A stretch of DNA of 64,000 nucleotides, from assembly GCA_043228905.1 (NCBI GenBank), contig JBHGNT010000011.1:558001-622000 (forward strand), written 5' to 3'. The translations under genes and the position numbers were made by a program. Of this stretch, positions 60,501 through 64,000 are shown one piece after another. How positions within the stretch are numbered: the stretch's first letter is position 1; each line of letters opens with the position of its first letter. The notes below the pieces were generated by a model, which saw nothing but the letters and a program-made list of their open reading frames with translations, had not been told where the DNA came from and did not search any database. The DNA is from Azolla caroliniana. Taxonomy: Eukaryota > Plantae > Polypodiophyta.

Positions 60501-63475
60501 TAAGTTTGTGAGTTCAATTCTTTCAAACATCTTTAGTACACCGCACATCATTTCTCCTGAACTAAATGTCACATTAGTTTTTGAGCCCATACTTCTACTC
60601 ATCTTTAGTATACCATATATCACTTCTCCTAAACTGCACCTCACATCAGTGTATCTAACTAATGGCCTCACAATCTCAAACCCATCAACATAGCCATCCA
60701 TCGCGTGGGTCAGAGACTATCGTCCTACCAGAGAAAGGAGCACCACCAATCACAAATCAACGCGAGAATTTTAATCCACCACTTGTAACTGTAGTATCAG
60801 TTAACGAATTTAATTCCTCAGGAAGCATACAGAAGGTGAATTTGGAGGACGGACACAACTAAGCAGAAGTGACATATTTTAAACAGCCACAGTTCATCCC
60901 ATCACTAGGCTCCTGCATGAATTAGTGACAAGGGTTACCTAGCACACATATATAAACCTTCTGGGTTCTACAAAATTCAAGGTTGCAAGTGGGCCAGATG
61001 CTAGCCTACTGGCAAACCAGCCCCTTACATCAAACACAATGGACAATGAGGACACCACAAGGAAGCTACCAATTAGACGACTATTACAGCAGGGAAAATG
61101 ACAATGGCATAACTCAACCATTAGAATTGAATAGTGCACAAACAATCTTGATTCTGCGATCCTCAAAGCCACTTGAGTCTAGGTATCAAATCTACAATTC
61201 CTTAACCAGCTTCCAGAAAGAAGTGGCCAACTTTGCTTCGCAAATACGTTGCCAAAGGTAGATAATGTAGCATCTAACACTTCATATTCGTTTATCCTTC
61301 CCCATGTTATGTTTGTTTTGTAGCATCTTGCAGCTGTATACATATGTGCTATCATTCCGCAATAATGTGTTTGCCACGATATCCAAATGCTACAGACCAA
61401 TTTATTGTGAGTTTTAGATATAGTGCATAGAGTAGTAGTCACTTTTTGAAAAACATTAAAACTTACACATGAACTGTGTGACACAAGTATATGTAAGACA
61501 AAAAGGTACCGTTCTAACTTGCCCCGATTCACAAAAAAACCATCATGCTTTAACTTCTCCTCGTCAACAGAAAAGTACTCATTCTGCAGAAATCAAAGAA
61601 TTTGCTTAGAGTGCAGAAGAATGAATATAAATAAGCTTGGCGATATCAGTGGATAAATTTATATACCAGATCCCCATCATCAATAAAAGAGTCACCAGTA
61701 TCATATTGATCATCATCAGGAAAACCATTGAGTGCATCATTTCCATCAGAACTATCTTCTCCCTACAAAATTAAAGCCACATTACATTGAGAGAGAAGCC
61801 ACCAGTTGATTCATTGTTAAAACAAAATCTATTATCAGACACAGGATTCAAAATTTTGTTGTGACACCAAGCATCCCATATAACATACACATAGCCTTCA
61901 ATAGCTACCTCAATGTCTAGAAAATCAACTTTATTAAGGAAAAAAAAGGAGAAAAGTGAGTGTTCTGAGCATTCTTCAGAGAAAATATCATCGGAAGAAT
62001 TTGTTTTGAATCTTAAACTTACCTGGTATATTCTCTCGATCTTCTCAATGACAGAGTTGAAACGATTTGCAGGAGGGGGGAGAGGATCCTTCTGTATTAC
62101 TACCTAAAATGCCATCAACTACAGTTTAACATATCTCTTCATATGATAGTATTGAAAATAAGACACAGTTTAGAGAAAAACTTATTCTACAATAGAAAAT
62201 GAACATTTTGCAGATTGTTCTCTGACTTTTTATCATCTTCATACTCAAAATTCACACATACAACAACCCACCATTATTTCTAGAGAGAAAGGTGACCATC
62301 TAAAGTATCTTAGCATGTATTTGAAACGGCAAACATGTCCATTACTAGAATCATTACGCAAGTCATTGACCATCCCATACAGAGACCTACCATGGGCTTC
62401 GATTTGTCAACCAGTTAGTTTATCCATGCTCTCGTGCCATCTTTACAAGATGAAAATTTTCTCTTGAAAAGGGATAGTAACATATCTGAGGTATCCAAGC
62501 TGCAGACATTAGCCAAGCCACGGTTGTGTGGCACTCTTACTTACATGCCCTTATCCTATGCATATCATCCCAGATTTGCAAACACTCTAAAAAATTCACC
62601 AGTCTGGGAGTATGTCAGCACCATAAATTATGTGCACGTTCTAGAGGTCAGCATCTGCAAGATAAGCTACCATACTGGAATGTCGTAAATTTTCAAATCT
62701 CTTCTTTCATACAAGAGGATATTCATTTCGATTTTTATCCGGCTCATTGTCAACCTTGATTAGACTTCAGCGAAGACTACCCTCTTCCATTGGAATCCAT
62801 GGAATAGTTCAAAGGATTTTTTTTTTACCATGAGCACACCACATTTGCTTGACATTATAGTCTATTATGATAATCTGATTGTTCCATTTTAAGTGTTCAG
62901 AGACCCGTTGATATAATGGTATACTATCCTTGGTAACCAACAAGGGATCATAAATTGGAGCCTTGCATCCCCTCTCGACCCATTATAAGGCAAAGTGCCT
63001 TTTTGTTTAGTAACACTACTGAAGATCTGTCATGGATCTATTCGGTATTAACAGGATGACGGATGAATCCTACAATGATCCTGTGAACTATAGATATTCT
63101 CTTCCACACGCATTCAGATCAGGTGGAATGAGCTGGTTCCATGAAGGATTAGCCGAGGATGAGAGAATGGAGGCTTACCTCAGGGGCCATCCGCGCTTCC
63201 AGTGCAGGATGAGCACCGAATGGGGTAGGAGACGGGCTGCTGCCATTAGGATTGGTGCCCCTGTGGGAATCCTTGACCAGCTTCCTCCAAGAAACGAAGG
63301 TCGTCTCACCAGGCTTCATCTCCACGTAGAACCGATTCGCTCGACGACCAGCAGCAGCAGCAGCAGCAGCAGAAGAAGAAGAAGAAGAAGAAGGCATGGT
63401 GTTGCAGATCGACAGAGCGGCGGAGGCGGAGGCCTGTTGAAATCCAGGGTCGCTGCTGCCTGCTAAAATCGCCAT
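57521..63475 (-). CDS. UBN1: Ubinuclein (HIRA histone-chaperone complex subunit, HPC2/HUN domain); multi-exon
   Basis: Exons with RFYVEMKPGETTFVSWRKLV, NRFNSVIEKIERIY, DQYDTGDSFIDD (HUN core), KHDGFFVNRGKLER, RLPQDIKQKLAKVARLA, EDKICDLYEQY, MDEHKGPQIRKLY and LAELWPDGWMDNNGIK; paralogue number (UBN1 vs UBN2) cannot be resolved. Confidence 0.9.
59628..59748. repeat. ~45-bp direct repeat in a ubinuclein intron
   Basis: AGAAAGAGAATATGAAATGATACAAACAGAAACTTATGATCCA occurs twice. Confidence 0.85.
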
Positions 63476-63581
63476 GGATGGCTACTATTATGTATGCTTC
63501 CGCCGGCATTCATTCGCAGGCTCGGATCGAAGGAACCAAATCTGTTTTCTTCGCAGAGGAATGGAATGACACGCGTGACAA

Positions 63582-63613
<32 letters not shown>

Positions 63614-63899
63614 GGCAACAGAAAAAGATGTGTCCATTACCATTAATTAATCATTCAATCAATCAATCAATAATAAAGCCTTTCTTCAGTCTTCTTCTTC
63701 TTCTTCTTCTCCTTCAGTTTTCTTCTCTTTATGTTAATGTATGCTTCAAGTGAAGAGATTAATCATGTATGTATGTTAAAGTGAATAAAGTCATTGCATT
63801 AATCACTCTCTCTTTTTTCCCTCTCATCGTTATCACATAAGAGTAGATTGAGGCCCGAGACCAAGGTTCGCCACTTGAAACTAATATGTTTGTACTCGT

Positions 63900-64000
63900 G
63901 CAAAACATTGTGTTCCGATTGGATGCAAGCTATGGAAAAAAATTTGGTTTTGGAAGATGGAATGCATCATGGTGCATCAATAAAGTCCTGTGCGGACGAG
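63900..64000 (+). mobile_element. Short decayed fragment of the RTEX-like LINE
   Basis: TTGTGTTCCGATTGGATGCAAG...GGAAGATGGAATGC resembles 31394-31448. Confidence 0.6.

Noticed and set aside
60495-60701. 68-aa ORF in a ubinuclein intron
   Set aside because: No recognisable domain or clear splice support; probably decayed repeat
63032-63466. 144-aa plus-strand ORF
   Set aside because: Antisense to ubinuclein exon 1 and driven by (AGC)n/(AGA)n repeats

Overview
Eukaryotic plant nuclear DNA, most consistent with a fern or other seed-free vascular plant (inferred from the retroelement types). There are three spliced host genes, all on the minus strand: a two-domain glyoxalase I-like gene (1-1473, runs off the window), L-galactono-1,4-lactone dehydrogenase (10602-17092) and a ubinuclein (57521-63475). 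The centre (18191-52439) is one Copia element stretched to 34 kb by a five-level nest of insertions, and the LTR-element junctions can be resolved by LTR ends and target-site duplications. Most inserts belong to one Gypsy-type lineage with a consistent signature: a tRNA-Trp primer site, 4-bp TSDs centred on CpG (6 of 6), TGTCG...CGACA termini, and a gag-protease ORF joined to RT by a -1 slippery heptamer plus an H-type pseudoknot that covaries across three copies. The nest also holds an RTEX-like LINE with an intact ORF2. Its ORF1 and ORF2 are in frame across a single UAG and ORF2 has no usable AUG, which suggests stop-codon readthrough. A separate small tRNA-Ala-primed Gypsy lies at 52712-56748, and several LINE remnants are scattered through the window. 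All family and clade assignments come from motif recognition, not database searches.
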